Below are positions 38,065 to 48,580 of a stretch of 64,000 bases of DNA, piece after piece; position 1 is the stretch's first letter, and each line of letters begins with the position of its first letter. The stretch spans positions 1-64,000 of the forward strand of contig JANNQV010000062.1 in NCBI GenBank assembly GCA_031400935.1, written 5' to 3'. The notes under the pieces are model-generated. The model ran no database searches and was not told where the DNA came from. It saw nothing but the letters and a program-made list of their open reading frames with translations. Made by a program: the position numbers and the translations under genes. The DNA comes from Armatimonadota bacterium (lineage in GTDB: Bacteria > Armatimonadota > Fimbriimonadia > Fimbriimonadales > Fimbriimonadaceae).

Positions 38065-40062
38065 GTGCCTTCTCCAGAACTCGACGCCCTTTGTATTAAC
38101 ACCATTCGCGCCCTTTCAATGGATGCCGTTCAGAAGGCAAATTCCGGGCATCCAGGAATGCCCATGGGTGCTGCACCGATGGCTCATGCTTTGTGGAGCC
38201 GGCATCTTAATTTCAATCCAAAAAATCCGAATTGGTTCAACCGTGATCGTTTTGTACTTTCCGCAGGGCATGGCTCCATGCTGTTGTATTCTTTGCTGCA
38301 CCTGACCGGATTTGAAGTTTCGCTGGACGAGATTAAGCGGTTTCGACAGTTGGGAAGCATCACGCCAGGGCATCCAGAAGTTGGTTTGACACCCGGAGTG
38401 GAAATGGCAACAGGCCCGCTCGGCCAAGGTTTTGCCACTGCTGTTGGAATGGCTATTGCCGAACGATTCTTGGCGGCGACTTTCAACCAGCCCGAACATG
38501 AAATTGTTGATCACTTTACATACGTAATTGCCTCAGATGGCGACCTAATGGAAGGCATTTCCAATGAAGCCGCTTCGCTTGCCGGCCATCAAAAGCTAGG
38601 AAAGCTAATCGTTCTCTATGATGACAATCAGATCACAATTGACGGTTCAACGAGCCTTTCCTTTTCTGAAGACGTCGGAGCAAGATTTGAAGCTCTGGGA
38701 TGGCATGTCCAGAAAATTGACGGCATGGATGTTGAAGCCGTGGACGTTGCCCTGGAAAAGGGAAAAAGGACACAGGATAAGCCAAGCCTGATTTGTGCGA
38801 AAACGACCATTGGATTTGGCAGCCCAAACAAAGCTGGCACTTCCAAATCGCATGGCGCACCTTTGGGCGTTCAAGAAGTAAAGCTTGCCAAAGAAGTTCT
38901 TGGAATTCCGGTTGATGAAGACTTTTGGCGGGCACCTGAAGCAGTTGAGTTTTATGGCTCCTTTTCCCAAAAGGGCGTTGACTTGGAATCAGATTGGAAC
39001 CAACAATTTTCTAAATTCGAAGTGGCAATTCCAGAATTGGCTTCAAAGTTAAAAGATGCGATTTCGAGCGACATTCCGATACCAATTGCTTGGCCAACAT
39101 TTAGCGAAGCCATTCAAACTCGCCAAGCTGGCTGGAAGTGCATTCAGAAAATTGCACATGCCATGCCAACTTTTCTTGGCGGCAGCGCAGACCTCGCGGA
39201 GAGCAACAATACTCTAATCGAGGGAACTTCTCCGATGTCGGCAGCCGATCCCGATGGACGAAACATTTACTTCGGCATCCGAGAACACGCGATGGCGGCG
39301 GCAACAAACGGCATGAATTTGCACGGTGGGATGAAGGCTTTTTGCGCTACATTTCTGATTTTCAGCGACTATTGCAGGCCGTCAATTCGGCTTGCCGCTT
39401 TGATGCATTGTCCCACAGTTTTCGTCTTTACGCATGACTCGATTGGGGTAGGGGAAGACGGCCCAACCCATCAGCCCATTGAGCACTATATGTCGCTTCG
39501 TGCAATTCCGAATTTGAACTTCATGCGCCCTGCAGATGGAAATGAAACTGCTGCATGTTGGGCTGTGGCTCTAGAAAGCGAGGAAACCCCATCTGTGCTG
39601 GCATTAACTAGGCAAGCCGTTCAGTCATTGACTCCAAATGACATTGAAAATCATCCGGCAAGGCAGGGAGGTTACGTGTTGAAAGAGGCTGAAAACGAAT
39701 TGCAAGTGGTTTTGGTTGCTACGGGAAGCGAAGTCGCACTTGCCTGCGAAGCTCGAAAATTGCTCGAGTCTCAAGGAATCGGTACACGCGTAGTTAGTCT
39801 TCCAAGTTGGTTCCTTTTTGGCCATCAAACTAATGAGTACCAAGAATCTGTTTTAAGTAGCGACATTCCGACAGTTTCAATCGAAATGGGCGCAACTTTG
39901 GGTTGGCAGAAATACGCGAGCCATCACGTCGGCCTTGATACTTTTGGTGAAAGCGCACCGCTTAAAGACCTTTTGGTTCATTTTGGTTTTACGGCTGAGC
40001 GGGTCGCTGAAGTAGCTCGGGTTGCAATTTTGGGTGTTCGTCCGACCATGTCGGCGCTTTAG
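38065..40062 (+). CDS. tkt: Transketolase
   Basis: [26 protein letters not shown] and GEDGPTHQP motifs; GTG start 5 nt after TACAAT. Confidence 0.97.
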   Translation: MPSPELDALCINTIRALSMDAVQKANSGHPGMPMGAAPMAHALWSRHLNFNPKNPNWFNRDRFVLSAGHGSMLLYSLLHLTGFEVSLDEIKRFRQLGSITPGHPEVGLTPGVEMATGPLGQGFATAVGMAIAERFLAATFNQPEHEIVDHFTYVIASDGDLMEGISNEAASLAGHQKLGKLIVLYDDNQITIDGSTSLSFSEDVGARFEALGWHVQKIDGMDVEAVDVALEKGKRTQDKPSLICAKTTIGFGSPNKAGTSKSHGAPLGVQEVKLAKEVLGIPVDEDFWRAPEAVEFYGSFSQKGVDLESDWNQQFSKFEVAIPELASKLKDAISSDIPIPIAWPTFSEAIQTRQAGWKCIQKIAHAMPTFLGGSADLAESNNTLIEGTSPMSAADPDGRNIYFGIREHAMAAATNGMNLHGGMKAFCATFLIFSDYCRPSIRLAALMHCPTVFVFTHDSIGVGEDGPTHQPIEHYMSLRAIPNLNFMRPADGNETAACWAVALESEETPSVLALTRQAVQSLTPNDIENHPARQGGYVLKEAENELQVVLVATGSEVALACEARKLLESQGIGTRVVSLPSWFLFGHQTNEYQESVLSSDIPTVSIEMGATLGWQKYASHHVGLDTFGESAPLKDLLVHFGFTAERVAEVARVAILGVRPTMSAL

Positions 40063-40247
40063 CCCGCTTTCGGTCGCGTTGAAGTTTGGATCATCTTTAT
40101 GTGGCAATTCGTAAACTGGATCGGTTAGGGATTAATCCATCGGAGCTGAAGCAGTTGTTTTTGAAAATTCTTCGTAATAGCGGCTCCGCGCTCCATTCTA
40201 TTTTCCAGAAGGAGTTTGGACTTCGGAACGAGAATTAGTTCATACCG

Positions 40248-42176
40248 ATGATTGCCTTAGTTCTAGCCGCCTCGTTTCAAAATCCCGTTTCGATCCTCCT
40301 ACCCAGCATTATTAGCTCAAATATGGTGTTGCAACGAAACTCAGTTGTGCCGCTCTGGGGATGGGCGATGCCAGGAAGCAAAGTTTTGGTCAACCCTAGT
40401 TGGAGCAAATCTTCAATAACGGCAACAGCGAACGAATTTGGCAAATTTCAAGTAAAAATTCGGACTGGCAAAGCTGGCGGACCCTATTCGATCAAGTTTG
40501 CAACCGGGGAAAGCTCCGAAACTATTGACGGAGTGTTGCTAGGGGAAGTTTGGCTCTGCAGCGGGCAAAGCAATATGTGGTGGCCTCTCGGCCCTCATGC
40601 CGGCCTGACTGAAATTGAAGGAGGAAAAGCTGAGGTGGACGCCCCTTCGAACCCAAATCTCAGGTTTTTCACAGTCGGTCATGCGTTCTCGGCTGAACCT
40701 CAGGCGAATTGTAAAGGAAATTGGCTTGAAAGTACACCTGAAGCAAAGCACAACATTTCTGCAACCGCATATTTCTTCGGAAAGGCTTTAGAAGCGAAAC
40801 TGAAGGTGCCGATCGGGCTAGTGGTTTCAGCCGTTGGCGGAACAGAATCTGAACTTTGGACCAGCCGCGAAAAGCTGATGTCCATTCCTGAATTCGCTAG
40901 CAGGATCGAACCAGTTCCGGGAGCTCTTGCCGAATTTCAAAATCTAGACAGGGCGTACAAAGAAGCTGTTTTGAAATTGGATTCTGGCAGACAAACGTAC
41001 ATAAAACTTGACTTTTCTGATGAATCTTGGCAAGAATCTCAGCAGCCAGCGGCTTGGTCAACAACAAATCTGAAGGACTATGACGGTGTTGTATATTATC
41101 GAAAGACAATTCAACTCTCGGCAGCGCATGCAGGCGGAAATGCGACTATCGAATTGGGAGCGATTGACGACAACGACATCACATTTGTAAATGGCCGACA
41201 AGTGGGCGCAACGGATGATCATTCGGTCAATCGAAGCTATAGGGTCCCAGTCGGCACGTTGGTTGAAGGGAAGAATGTAGTCGTTGTGCGGGTCGAGGAT
41301 ACAGGCGGTGAAGGGGGCCTCTACGGCAACTCAGATGCACTAAGAATCAGGTTTGGGGATGGCACAGTTTTTTCTTTGTCAGGAACCTGGAAGTGGCATT
41401 TCGGACCTGGCAGTGCAGATATTCCGCCCAAACCTGTGAATAAGATTCCAAATCATTCGACACTTTACAACGGCATGATCGCCCCGCTGATTCCATATGC
41501 GATCAAAGGTGCAATCTGGTACCAAGGGGAATCAAATGTTTCTCGTGCAATGCAATATCGAACAGCTTTTCCTGCGATGATCCAAGATTGGAGAGAGCGT
41601 TTTGGCAGGAGGAATTTTCCATTCTATTTTGTGCAAATCGCGCCATTTCCTTACTCGAACAATACTTCTTCCTGCGAACTTCGCGAAGCGCAGACGATGA
41701 CATTGAAATTCCTGAAAAACACAGGCATGGCTGTGATTAGCGACATAACGCCAAATGTGAATGACATCCATCCTTCAAAGAAGAGGGAAGTCGGCGACCG
41801 GCTGGCACTTCTGGCGCTTTCGAGGCTTTATGGATTTAGGCAAGCCGATGACCAGAGCCCAACGTATCGTTCGATGAAGGTGGAAGGAAACTTCATCCGG
41901 ATTTCGTTCAACAACGTTCCAAACGGCTTTCAGCGAGAACGATTGAAAGCGGATGGATTTGTCGTTGCAGGGGAGAATCGGCGGTTCTATCCTGCTGAGG
42001 CCGCTATTGATGGAAACACGATTGTAATTTCGTCCACTCAAGTAGTCCGTCCTGTGTCCGTTAGGTTTTTGTGGACAGATACGGCAACGGCGACGCTGTT
42101 TTCCGCAGCTGGATTGCCGGTTTCTAGTTTTCGAACGGACGACTGGGCAGGAGTGACGAAAGGAGTGTTTTGGTAG
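40248..42176 (+). CDS. Sialate O-acetylesterase (SASA) family protein with inserted sugar-binding domain
   Basis: GEVWLCSGQSNM, WYQGESN and DIHP motifs. Confidence 0.92.
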   Translation: MIALVLAASFQNPVSILLPSIISSNMVLQRNSVVPLWGWAMPGSKVLVNPSWSKSSITATANEFGKFQVKIRTGKAGGPYSIKFATGESSETIDGVLLGEVWLCSGQSNMWWPLGPHAGLTEIEGGKAEVDAPSNPNLRFFTVGHAFSAEPQANCKGNWLESTPEAKHNISATAYFFGKALEAKLKVPIGLVVSAVGGTESELWTSREKLMSIPEFASRIEPVPGALAEFQNLDRAYKEAVLKLDSGRQTYIKLDFSDESWQESQQPAAWSTTNLKDYDGVVYYRKTIQLSAAHAGGNATIELGAIDDNDITFVNGRQVGATDDHSVNRSYRVPVGTLVEGKNVVVVRVEDTGGEGGLYGNSDALRIRFGDGTVFSLSGTWKWHFGPGSADIPPKPVNKIPNHSTLYNGMIAPLIPYAIKGAIWYQGESNVSRAMQYRTAFPAMIQDWRERFGRRNFPFYFVQIAPFPYSNNTSSCELREAQTMTLKFLKNTGMAVISDITPNVNDIHPSKKREVGDRLALLALSRLYGFRQADDQSPTYRSMKVEGNFIRISFNNVPNGFQRERLKADGFVVAGENRRFYPAEAAIDGNTIVISSTQVVRPVSVRFLWTDTATATLFSAAGLPVSSFRTDDWAGVTKGVFW

Positions 42177-42495
42177 ATTGCCGAGTGTAGTATTGAAGGG
42201 AATAGAAGGCAAATGGTGATAAGTGGAAGAGGAACATGGACAAATTTCTTATCCACTGCTGTTCCAATAGAATTCATCTTACAGGCGGCATGGACAGGCA
42301 TTCTTCGGAACCTAACCATTCTTGAGTTAGAATGGGAAAAGAATGTTTGTCAATGTCAACGATCAATTGAAATGGCACTGACAAACGACATCGTCGCCAA
42401 ACGTCCCGAGCCTACGAAACTATTCTTCCGTTCGAACCCTTTCATATTACGGTAACGGAAATTCTTGAACCTGCCAATAATCACGGTGAGGCTCA

Positions 42496-42692
42496 CGCTG
42501 AATCCGGTACGATTTTGAATGTGGCGGCACAAAGGAGTGAATCGCTTTCAGGCTAAAACCAGTCTTACGAAACTCTAACAGGAAGAATCCTGTTGTACGG
42601 AATAAGACCCATAGGCCAATTGACCCGCCCCGCAAGAGTCGCCGAATGAAAGGTAGAACAAAGGAACAGAGTCGAAGGTCATAACGCCGGAG
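42496..42692 (+). ncRNA. Candidate structured RNA or 5' leader upstream of clpC
   Basis: Nested complementary segments form a ~190-nt rod (see findings); family not established. Confidence 0.3.
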
Positions 42693-42709
42693 ACACAAAT
42701 AGGAATACT

Positions 42710-45220
42710 ATGTGGCAACGATTTACTGAAAGAGCACGAAAGGTCGTTTTCTACGCCCAAGAAGAGGCGCAGAAATTTGGCGAAGGATATGTTTCAACGG
42801 AACACCTTCTGCTTGGACTCGTCCGTGAATCGGACAGCGTTGCTGCCCGTGTTTTAGAAAAACTAGGCGTGAGTCTAACAAGAATTCGAGCTGAAGTCGA
42901 AAAGCAGCTCCCGAGGGGAGATGCAAGGCCAAGTCAAGATATGACGTTGACCCCAAGAGCAAAAAGGGTCATAGATCTGGCGTACGACGAAGCTCGAAAC
43001 CTCAACAACAACTATATCGGCACCGAGCACCTGTTGCTCGGGCTGATTAGAGAGGGCGACGGCCTAGCCGGCAGAGTTCTCGCAAAATTAGGTGTCGAAC
43101 TCGAAAGAGCCAGAAGAGAAGTGATGTCGCTGCAAGACAGCGAAACGCAGCCGAAATCTTCAAGTGGCGGCGGATCGAGATCTTCTTCTTCAGGTTCAAA
43201 TACCGCAACAAAAACACCTACCTTAGACGAATTTGGGCGAGACCTTACGGAACTTGCAAGAGAAAACAAGCTTGATCCTGTAGTTGGTCGTCATAACGAA
43301 ATCGAACGAGTGATGCAGATTCTCTGCCGCCGGACGAAGAACAATCCGTGCCTCATCGGAGAGCCTGGCGTTGGCAAAACCGCCATCGCTGAAGGCCTCG
43401 CATTGCGAATTGTTAGCGGCGATATCCCTGCTTTGCTCCAAGACAAGCGATTGATTTCGCTTGACCTTGCCGGACTTGTAGCTGGTACGAAATACCGTGG
43501 CGAGTTTGAAGAGCGAATGAAAAAGGTCATGGAAGAAGTCCGAAAGTCGGACGGCCAAGTGATCCTTTTTGTTGATGAATTGCACACCTTAGTCGGTGCA
43601 GGCGCTGCAGAAGGCGCAATTGATGCAAGCAACATCATGAAACCGGCATTAGCCCGTGGCGAACTGCAATGTATCGGCGCAACAACTTCAGACGAATTTC
43701 GAAAATATATTGAAAGAGATGCGGCGCTTGAACGCCGGTTCCAAGCCATTAAGGTTGCCGAACCAACAGAAGAAGAAGCCGCTGACATTTTGAAAGGACT
43801 TCGAGAAAGGTACGAAGCTCATCATCACGTAGAGATCACCGATGATGCGATTCTCTCCGCAGTTCAACTTTCGCAGAGATATATAACAGACCGAACATTG
43901 CCAGATAAAGCGATTGATTTGGTTGACGAAGCGGCCAGTCGCGTGCGGCTGCAGCAATCACTTCCTCCGAAAGATGTTCGCGAAGATCGTGTTAAAGCCG
44001 GGAAAATGCGAACAGAAATCGAGCATATCAAGAAGCGAAACGAAACAGACGACAAGATGCTCAAGCTTCAAACTGAACTTGAAGAGCTAGAGGTCAGCAT
44101 AAAAGAACGTGAAGTACGATGGGAAGCTGAAGAGAAGATTGAGCCGATCGTCAGCGAAAACGAAATCGCTCAGATCGTGCAAAGTTGGACTGGAATTCCC
44201 GTCACCAAATTGGTCGAAGCGGAAACTCAGCGACTGCTTAGAATGGAAGACGACCTCCACGCTCGAATCATCGGACAGCACGATGCGGTAACCGCCGTTT
44301 CGCGAGCGATTCGAAGAAGCCGAAGCGGACTCAAGGATCCGAAGCGCCCGATGGGCAGCTTCATTTTCCTTGGCCCAACCGGTGTCGGAAAAACAGAACT
44401 TGCCAAAGCGCTTGCGGCTTACCTTTATGAAAAGGAAAGCAACATGGTGCGAATTGATATGTCAGAATACATGGAGCGATTCAGCGTGAGCCGATTGGTC
44501 GGCGCACCTCCAGGATACGTAGGATACGATGAGGGCGGCCAGCTAACCGAACAAGTTCGCCGAAACCCATATTGCGTAGTTCTTCTCGATGAAATCGAAA
44601 AGGCGCACCCTGATGTGTTCAACATCCTCCTGCAGATCATGGAAGATGGGCACCTCACCGATTCACAGGGACGAACCGTCGATTTTAGAAACACGCTCGT
44701 TATCATGACCAGCAACGTTGGCGTCAAGCCGATCGAGCTGGATAAGGGCCTCGGATTCCGCGATGTGAAGCAAGATTTCAACGATCCGAAGGTTTACGAG
44801 AACATGAAGACCAAGATGATGGAAGAGATGAAGAAGCTTTTCCGTCCGGAGTTCCTCAACCGAGTGGATGAGATCATCGTGTTCCAACACCTTCAAAAGG
44901 ACGAGATTCTGAAGATCGCCGATCTGTACCTGAAGCGAGTAAACGAGCAAGCCAAGGCGATGGGAATCACCATCGATCTGAGCAACCCTGTGAAGGATTA
45001 CTTGGTAGAAACTGGCTATGACCCGAACCTGGGCGCAAGGCCGCTACGAAGGGCCGTTCAAAGGCTGATCGAAGATCCGCTCAGCGAGGAGTTCTTGATG
45101 GGCCGCTTCAAAGAAGGCGACCTGATCATGGCCGAGCTGACGGAAGACAAGAACGTGACCTTCCGCGTGGTTTCCGATCCTCCAAAGCCAAAGAAGAAAG
45201 AGAAGGTTCTGGCTAACTAG
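42710..45220 (+). CDS. clpC: ATP-dependent Clp protease ATP-binding subunit ClpC
   Basis: Two Clp-N repeats; GEPGVGKT and GPTGVGKT Walker A motifs; short middle coiled coil. Confidence 0.95.
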   Translation: MWQRFTERARKVVFYAQEEAQKFGEGYVSTEHLLLGLVRESDSVAARVLEKLGVSLTRIRAEVEKQLPRGDARPSQDMTLTPRAKRVIDLAYDEARNLNNNYIGTEHLLLGLIREGDGLAGRVLAKLGVELERARREVMSLQDSETQPKSSSGGGSRSSSSGSNTATKTPTLDEFGRDLTELARENKLDPVVGRHNEIERVMQILCRRTKNNPCLIGEPGVGKTAIAEGLALRIVSGDIPALLQDKRLISLDLAGLVAGTKYRGEFEERMKKVMEEVRKSDGQVILFVDELHTLVGAGAAEGAIDASNIMKPALARGELQCIGATTSDEFRKYIERDAALERRFQAIKVAEPTEEEAADILKGLRERYEAHHHVEITDDAILSAVQLSQRYITDRTLPDKAIDLVDEAASRVRLQQSLPPKDVREDRVKAGKMRTEIEHIKKRNETDDKMLKLQTELEELEVSIKEREVRWEAEEKIEPIVSENEIAQIVQSWTGIPVTKLVEAETQRLLRMEDDLHARIIGQHDAVTAVSRAIRRSRSGLKDPKRPMGSFIFLGPTGVGKTELAKALAAYLYEKESNMVRIDMSEYMERFSVSRLVGAPPGYVGYDEGGQLTEQVRRNPYCVVLLDEIEKAHPDVFNILLQIMEDGHLTDSQGRTVDFRNTLVIMTSNVGVKPIELDKGLGFRDVKQDFNDPKVYENMKTKMMEEMKKLFRPEFLNRVDEIIVFQHLQKDEILKIADLYLKRVNEQAKAMGITIDLSNPVKDYLVETGYDPNLGARPLRRAVQRLIEDPLSEEFLMGRFKEGDLIMAELTEDKNVTFRVVSDPPKPKKKEKVLAN

Positions 45221-45226
45221 CATTTC

Positions 45227-45438
45227 GTAGAACGGGATTCATCCTGTTAGAATATTGCAGGACAGGGTTCATCCTGTCCTGCAAATTTGTTTCAGCAAAG
45301 GCCCCGGATAAGTTGGAAATACAATTTGTGTGTGCCACTGACAAGCGAGGAACGAGCTTGTCAGTGTTTGTTGCAAAAATGAGTAAGATTGGGATGTGAG
45401 CACGCACATCCTCGAGCCTCGGATGAACGTGGCACACA
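45227..45438. repeat. Cluster of REP-like palindromes (GTAG-type pair plus an inverted TGTGTGCCAC doublet)
   Basis: GTAGAACGGGATTCATCCTGTT; TTGCAGGACAGG-GTTCAT-CCTGTCCTGCAA; CACTGACAAGC-GAGGAACGA-GCTTGTCAGTG; inverted partner at 45401-45438. Confidence 0.8.
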
Positions 45439-45454
45439 ATGGGAACAAGCCTAG

Positions 45455-45904
45455 AAAGATATCCTGGGCACCTGCTATCCGACTGAGAATCGGAAATTTA
45501 CTGAGGCCTGGAAAGTAGATAATGGTTGGGTTTGCGCTGGAAAGGATTGTGACCGTGGACTTGTGGGCTTCTGGGTTGGTGTAGTGTCCTCCGCAGGATT
45601 GGATAATTGGAAGTCTCCAAATTTGGCGATGATCGGGGGTTTTCAAGTTAATGGAATTGCCAAGTTCTTCACATTAAGAGAAGTGCAAAGCGATAATCCA
45701 GAAATCTGGCAATTGGAAGGTTTTCTCCCGTCAAGAGAAGGAAAGTCAAGTTATTTTGACCGCGGTGGTTCCGATGCAATCTCAAGAAAGTCAAATACTA
45801 CATGGAAGTGCTGCGAAAATCAAATCCGAAACACCAAAATGACGATTTCTGCTTCTCCTAGCGATTCTTGGGTAAGGAATGAGACATGCTCACGATACTT
45901 TTAG
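45455..45904 (+). pseudogene. Probable 5'-truncated gene fragment (Cys/Trp-rich, orphan toxin-tip-like)
   Basis: Frame open from 45455 (KDILGTCYPTEN...) with no convincing start or RBS; overlaps the start of the next gene. Confidence 0.35.
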
Positions 45905-46782
45905 CAACTGCTTGTCTTTTGCATTCGCCAGCTGCGGTCTTTACCGACCAGGCCAGGATGGTCTACGCGGCGAGACTAGCTAAAGTTCAAAATGGAATGA
46001 CGGAGGCGCATGCCATTAGAGTGGTTGGCGAGCCAGAGTTTGTTGTTTTGCTAGAATCAGGCGATTTTGCCAAGAAGCTTATTGGGTACTCCTTTTCTGG
46101 TAGCGACGTTCCGCTCTACGGATCATTTCAGGTTAATAATGACGGCAGAGTTGTGGCTGTATTTGGCCAAAAGAATCCGGCAGTACTCGATTGGATTTCA
46201 CCAAAGGTCCTCAACGAATTCATTTCCGATATTTTGGAACTTCCGGGGATTGCTCTAGGGTTGTATAGGGCTAAGGAGCTCCTGTTGCTTAGAGATCGGT
46301 TACGAAAGTTTTCACCACAGCAAGTTAGCATGTTGATCGAAGAGTATTTGAGAGTGGCTCCCGTTTTCTATGAAGGATCTATTGGGGCGAGAGTTTTCCA
46401 ATATCCCCGATACTGGCAAAACTCTGGCCGTGTCACTTTGCTTGCAATTGCACTCTTAGGTACTCAAAGCGAAAGCTTATGGAAATCCTATGGAGGAGGC
46501 TTTACTGGACCGAAACCGCCTATGTTTTGTATCGATAATATTCCGGTCGTCCTCTCTTACGGATTGATACCATACGGACTTGACAATGAAAGAACCAACC
46601 TTGCCTCAATAAAGGATATTCAACAGTGGCCCGAAGTTGTTTTAGCAAGCAATGTGAAATGGGACGAGGTTCGAAGCAAAGCACTGAAACGAATCAAGAG
46701 CATGGCCAGCAACCATTCATTGTGGAACCGCGAATTAGAGCTACTAGTGACGAGGTCTGTCAGTGATCAATTTGCACCGTAA
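45886..46782 (+). CDS. Exported hypothetical protein (SmpA/OmlA-like N-terminal motif)
   Basis: Signal peptide; VQNGMTEAHAIRVVGEP matches the GMT..EV...LG.P pattern. Confidence 0.7.
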   Translation: MLTILLATACLLHSPAAVFTDQARMVYAARLAKVQNGMTEAHAIRVVGEPEFVVLLESGDFAKKLIGYSFSGSDVPLYGSFQVNNDGRVVAVFGQKNPAVLDWISPKVLNEFISDILELPGIALGLYRAKELLLLRDRLRKFSPQQVSMLIEEYLRVAPVFYEGSIGARVFQYPRYWQNSGRVTLLAIALLGTQSESLWKSYGGGFTGPKPPMFCIDNIPVVLSYGLIPYGLDNERTNLASIKDIQQWPEVVLASNVKWDEVRSKALKRIKSMASNHSLWNRELELLVTRSVSDQFAP

Positions 46783-46977
46783 GGTGATTATATGACAATG
46801 TCGGCAAGGGTGACTAATTTAGGAGGAATGATCGTGGCAGAAAAGACGGGTGGCCGGGCTAAGTTGAAAGTACCTCTTGTGGGTGCCACTGTGATCTGAG
46901 GAGCGCTTGCCCTGCTGTAGGGACATGAAATCGGGGAAGAAGGCAGTGTTTCAAATAGAGATTGCTACACTCATAAG

Positions 46978-47694
46978 CTAAATGAGCAACGCAAGACTCG
47001 CCGCAGCTATGCCAGCGGTATCAGTTCTCAGCACCCTCGGCCCCATGGTAACCCCCCGATCTCCAATGAGTGCCAATTCCTTCGGAGCCCAGCCGCCTTC
47101 TGGCCCAACGACAAACGAAACCGCCTCCGAATTCTCGGGTTGACGCAACGCATCAGAAAGAGTCTTGACTTCCGATTCCATCTCGCTGAGCACCAGAGCT
47201 TCGGGAAACGCCTTTAGAACCGATTGCAGGCTGTTTTCCCATTGCAAGGTAGGAATAATTGACCGGTAGCTTTGTTCAGCCGCTTCGCGGCAGATCGCCT
47301 CAAGCCTTCGAAACTTTTCCGGAATCTTTTTTTGATCCCACTGCACAATGCTGCGAATGGCAGGGAACACTACGAATTTCGAGACTCCGATCTCTGTTCC
47401 CATCCGCAAGACTGTTTCGAGCCGCTCGCCCTTTGGCAGGGCTTGGATAATCGTGACATGGATTTTTGGTTCGGTATCGGGATGCTCCATTTGGAGCGGA
47501 ATTGCGTTCTTTCCTTGCAGTTCGCATCGGATGCTGGTGCCATCGTTAGGAAGAACCAAAATTTGGTCGCCGTCTTGCATGCGGAGCACTTTCCGAAACT
47601 TGTCAGACTCCTTCGGCGGCAGCTCGATGACGTCCCTAAACACCGCTCCTGGAAGGAATAGGCGAGGCAACGATCTGAGAGGCGGAACGCTCAT
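46978..47694 (-). CDS. rsmE: 16S rRNA m3U1498 methyltransferase
   Basis: KVLRM, TEIGV, EAAEQS, VGPEGG and LRTDTA motifs. Confidence 0.95.
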   Translation of the reverse strand: MSVPPLRSLPRLFLPGAVFRDVIELPPKESDKFRKVLRMQDGDQILVLPNDGTSIRCELQGKNAIPLQMEHPDTEPKIHVTIIQALPKGERLETVLRMGTEIGVSKFVVFPAIRSIVQWDQKKIPEKFRRLEAICREAAEQSYRSIIPTLQWENSLQSVLKAFPEALVLSEMESEVKTLSDALRQPENSEAVSFVVGPEGGWAPKELALIGDRGVTMGPRVLRTDTAGIAAASLALLI

Positions 47695-47752
47695 TTCTCA
47701 GAAGCTACCCGGATTGCAACGGAAGTTAGTCGCCGAACGTCTTCTAAAGGTT

Positions 47753-47827
47753 CGGACTGATAGGACATATTGGACTTATTGGACCAGCAGTTCCATGCCC
47801 CATCCCCCATCCCCGATCCCCCATACA
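47753..47827. repeat. 9-mer array (GGACTTATT-like) plus (CCCCATC)4 heptamer array
   Basis: GGACTGATA GGACATATT GGACTTATT GGACC; then CCCCATC CCCCATC CCCGATC CCCCATA. Confidence 0.8.
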
Positions 47828-47833
47828 CAAAAT

Positions 47834-48580
47834 ATGATTTCCACCACAAACCTTCACAAACATTTCAAAGACCCTAAGGGCAAAATCGTAAGGGCTGTGG
47901 ATGGCGTCAGCATCGAGGCGCATCCTGGCCAGATTTTTGGTTTATTGGGGGTCAACGGAGCAGGGAAGACAACAGTGCTTCGTATGCTTTCTACGATTTT
48001 GACCCCGACCGAAGGCTCAGCCAGAGTTGCAGGTTACGATGTCGTTGCCGATCCCGACAAGGTTCGCGCATCTATCGGATTTATGTCCACAAGTACGGCC
48101 CTCTATGGCCGATTGACAGCCAAAGAAATGATCTCGTACTTTGGGAATCTGTACGGACTCTACGGTTCACAATTGAAGGCTCGCTTGGAATTCGTTATGG
48201 AAACACTTCAACTTTCTGAGTTTCAAGATCGCCTATGCGACAAACTTTCTACAGGTCAAAAACAGCGTGTTTCTATCGCGCGAACTATTCTCCATGATCC
48301 GCCAGTTTTGTTTTTTGACGAACCCACCGCTGGACTTGATGTGGTCACAAGCCAGACTGTAATTCGGTTCATCGAGGAAGCTAAATCGCTCGGAAAGACT
48401 ATTGTTTTTAGCACTCACATCATGAGCGAAGCGGAGAGGCTTTGCGACCATATTGCCGTCATCCATGATGGAATTATTCGGGGAGAAGGGACGGTTGAAG
48501 AAATCAAAGCGCAAACTGGACAAACGACTATGGAAAAGGCATTTCTTTCGATGGTTGGCGAATTGGAGGTGGCGATTTGA
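47834..48580 (+). CDS. ABC transporter ATP-binding protein (NatA-like)
   Basis: GVNGAGKTT, LSTGQKQRV, FFDEPT and STH motifs. True start is MISTTNL; the long upstream extension in the ORF track overlaps rsmE. Confidence 0.92.
   Translation: MISTTNLHKHFKDPKGKIVRAVDGVSIEAHPGQIFGLLGVNGAGKTTVLRMLSTILTPTEGSARVAGYDVVADPDKVRASIGFMSTSTALYGRLTAKEMISYFGNLYGLYGSQLKARLEFVMETLQLSEFQDRLCDKLSTGQKQRVSIARTILHDPPVLFFDEPTAGLDVVTSQTVIRFIEEAKSLGKTIVFSTHIMSEAERLCDHIAVIHDGIIRGEGTVEEIKAQTGQTTMEKAFLSMVGELEVAI

Noticed and set aside
37925..38305. 126-aa ORF MVSQDKYAEMK...
   Set aside because: It overlaps tkt out of frame and covers the divergent promoter region; no recognisable motif.
42213..42455. 80-aa ORF upstream of clpC as ctsR/mcsA-like
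   Set aside because: No similarity to CtsR, McsA or McsB motifs; coding status unsupported.
45213..45646. Minus-strand ORFs near the REP cluster as a RAYT/IS200 transposase
   Set aside because: No convincing HUH plus catalytic Tyr arrangement; the translations simply read through the palindromes.
47348..47833. 162-aa N-terminal extension of the ABC ATPase in the ORF track
   Set aside because: It overlaps rsmE on the opposite strand and runs through tandem repeats; ABC homology starts at 47834.
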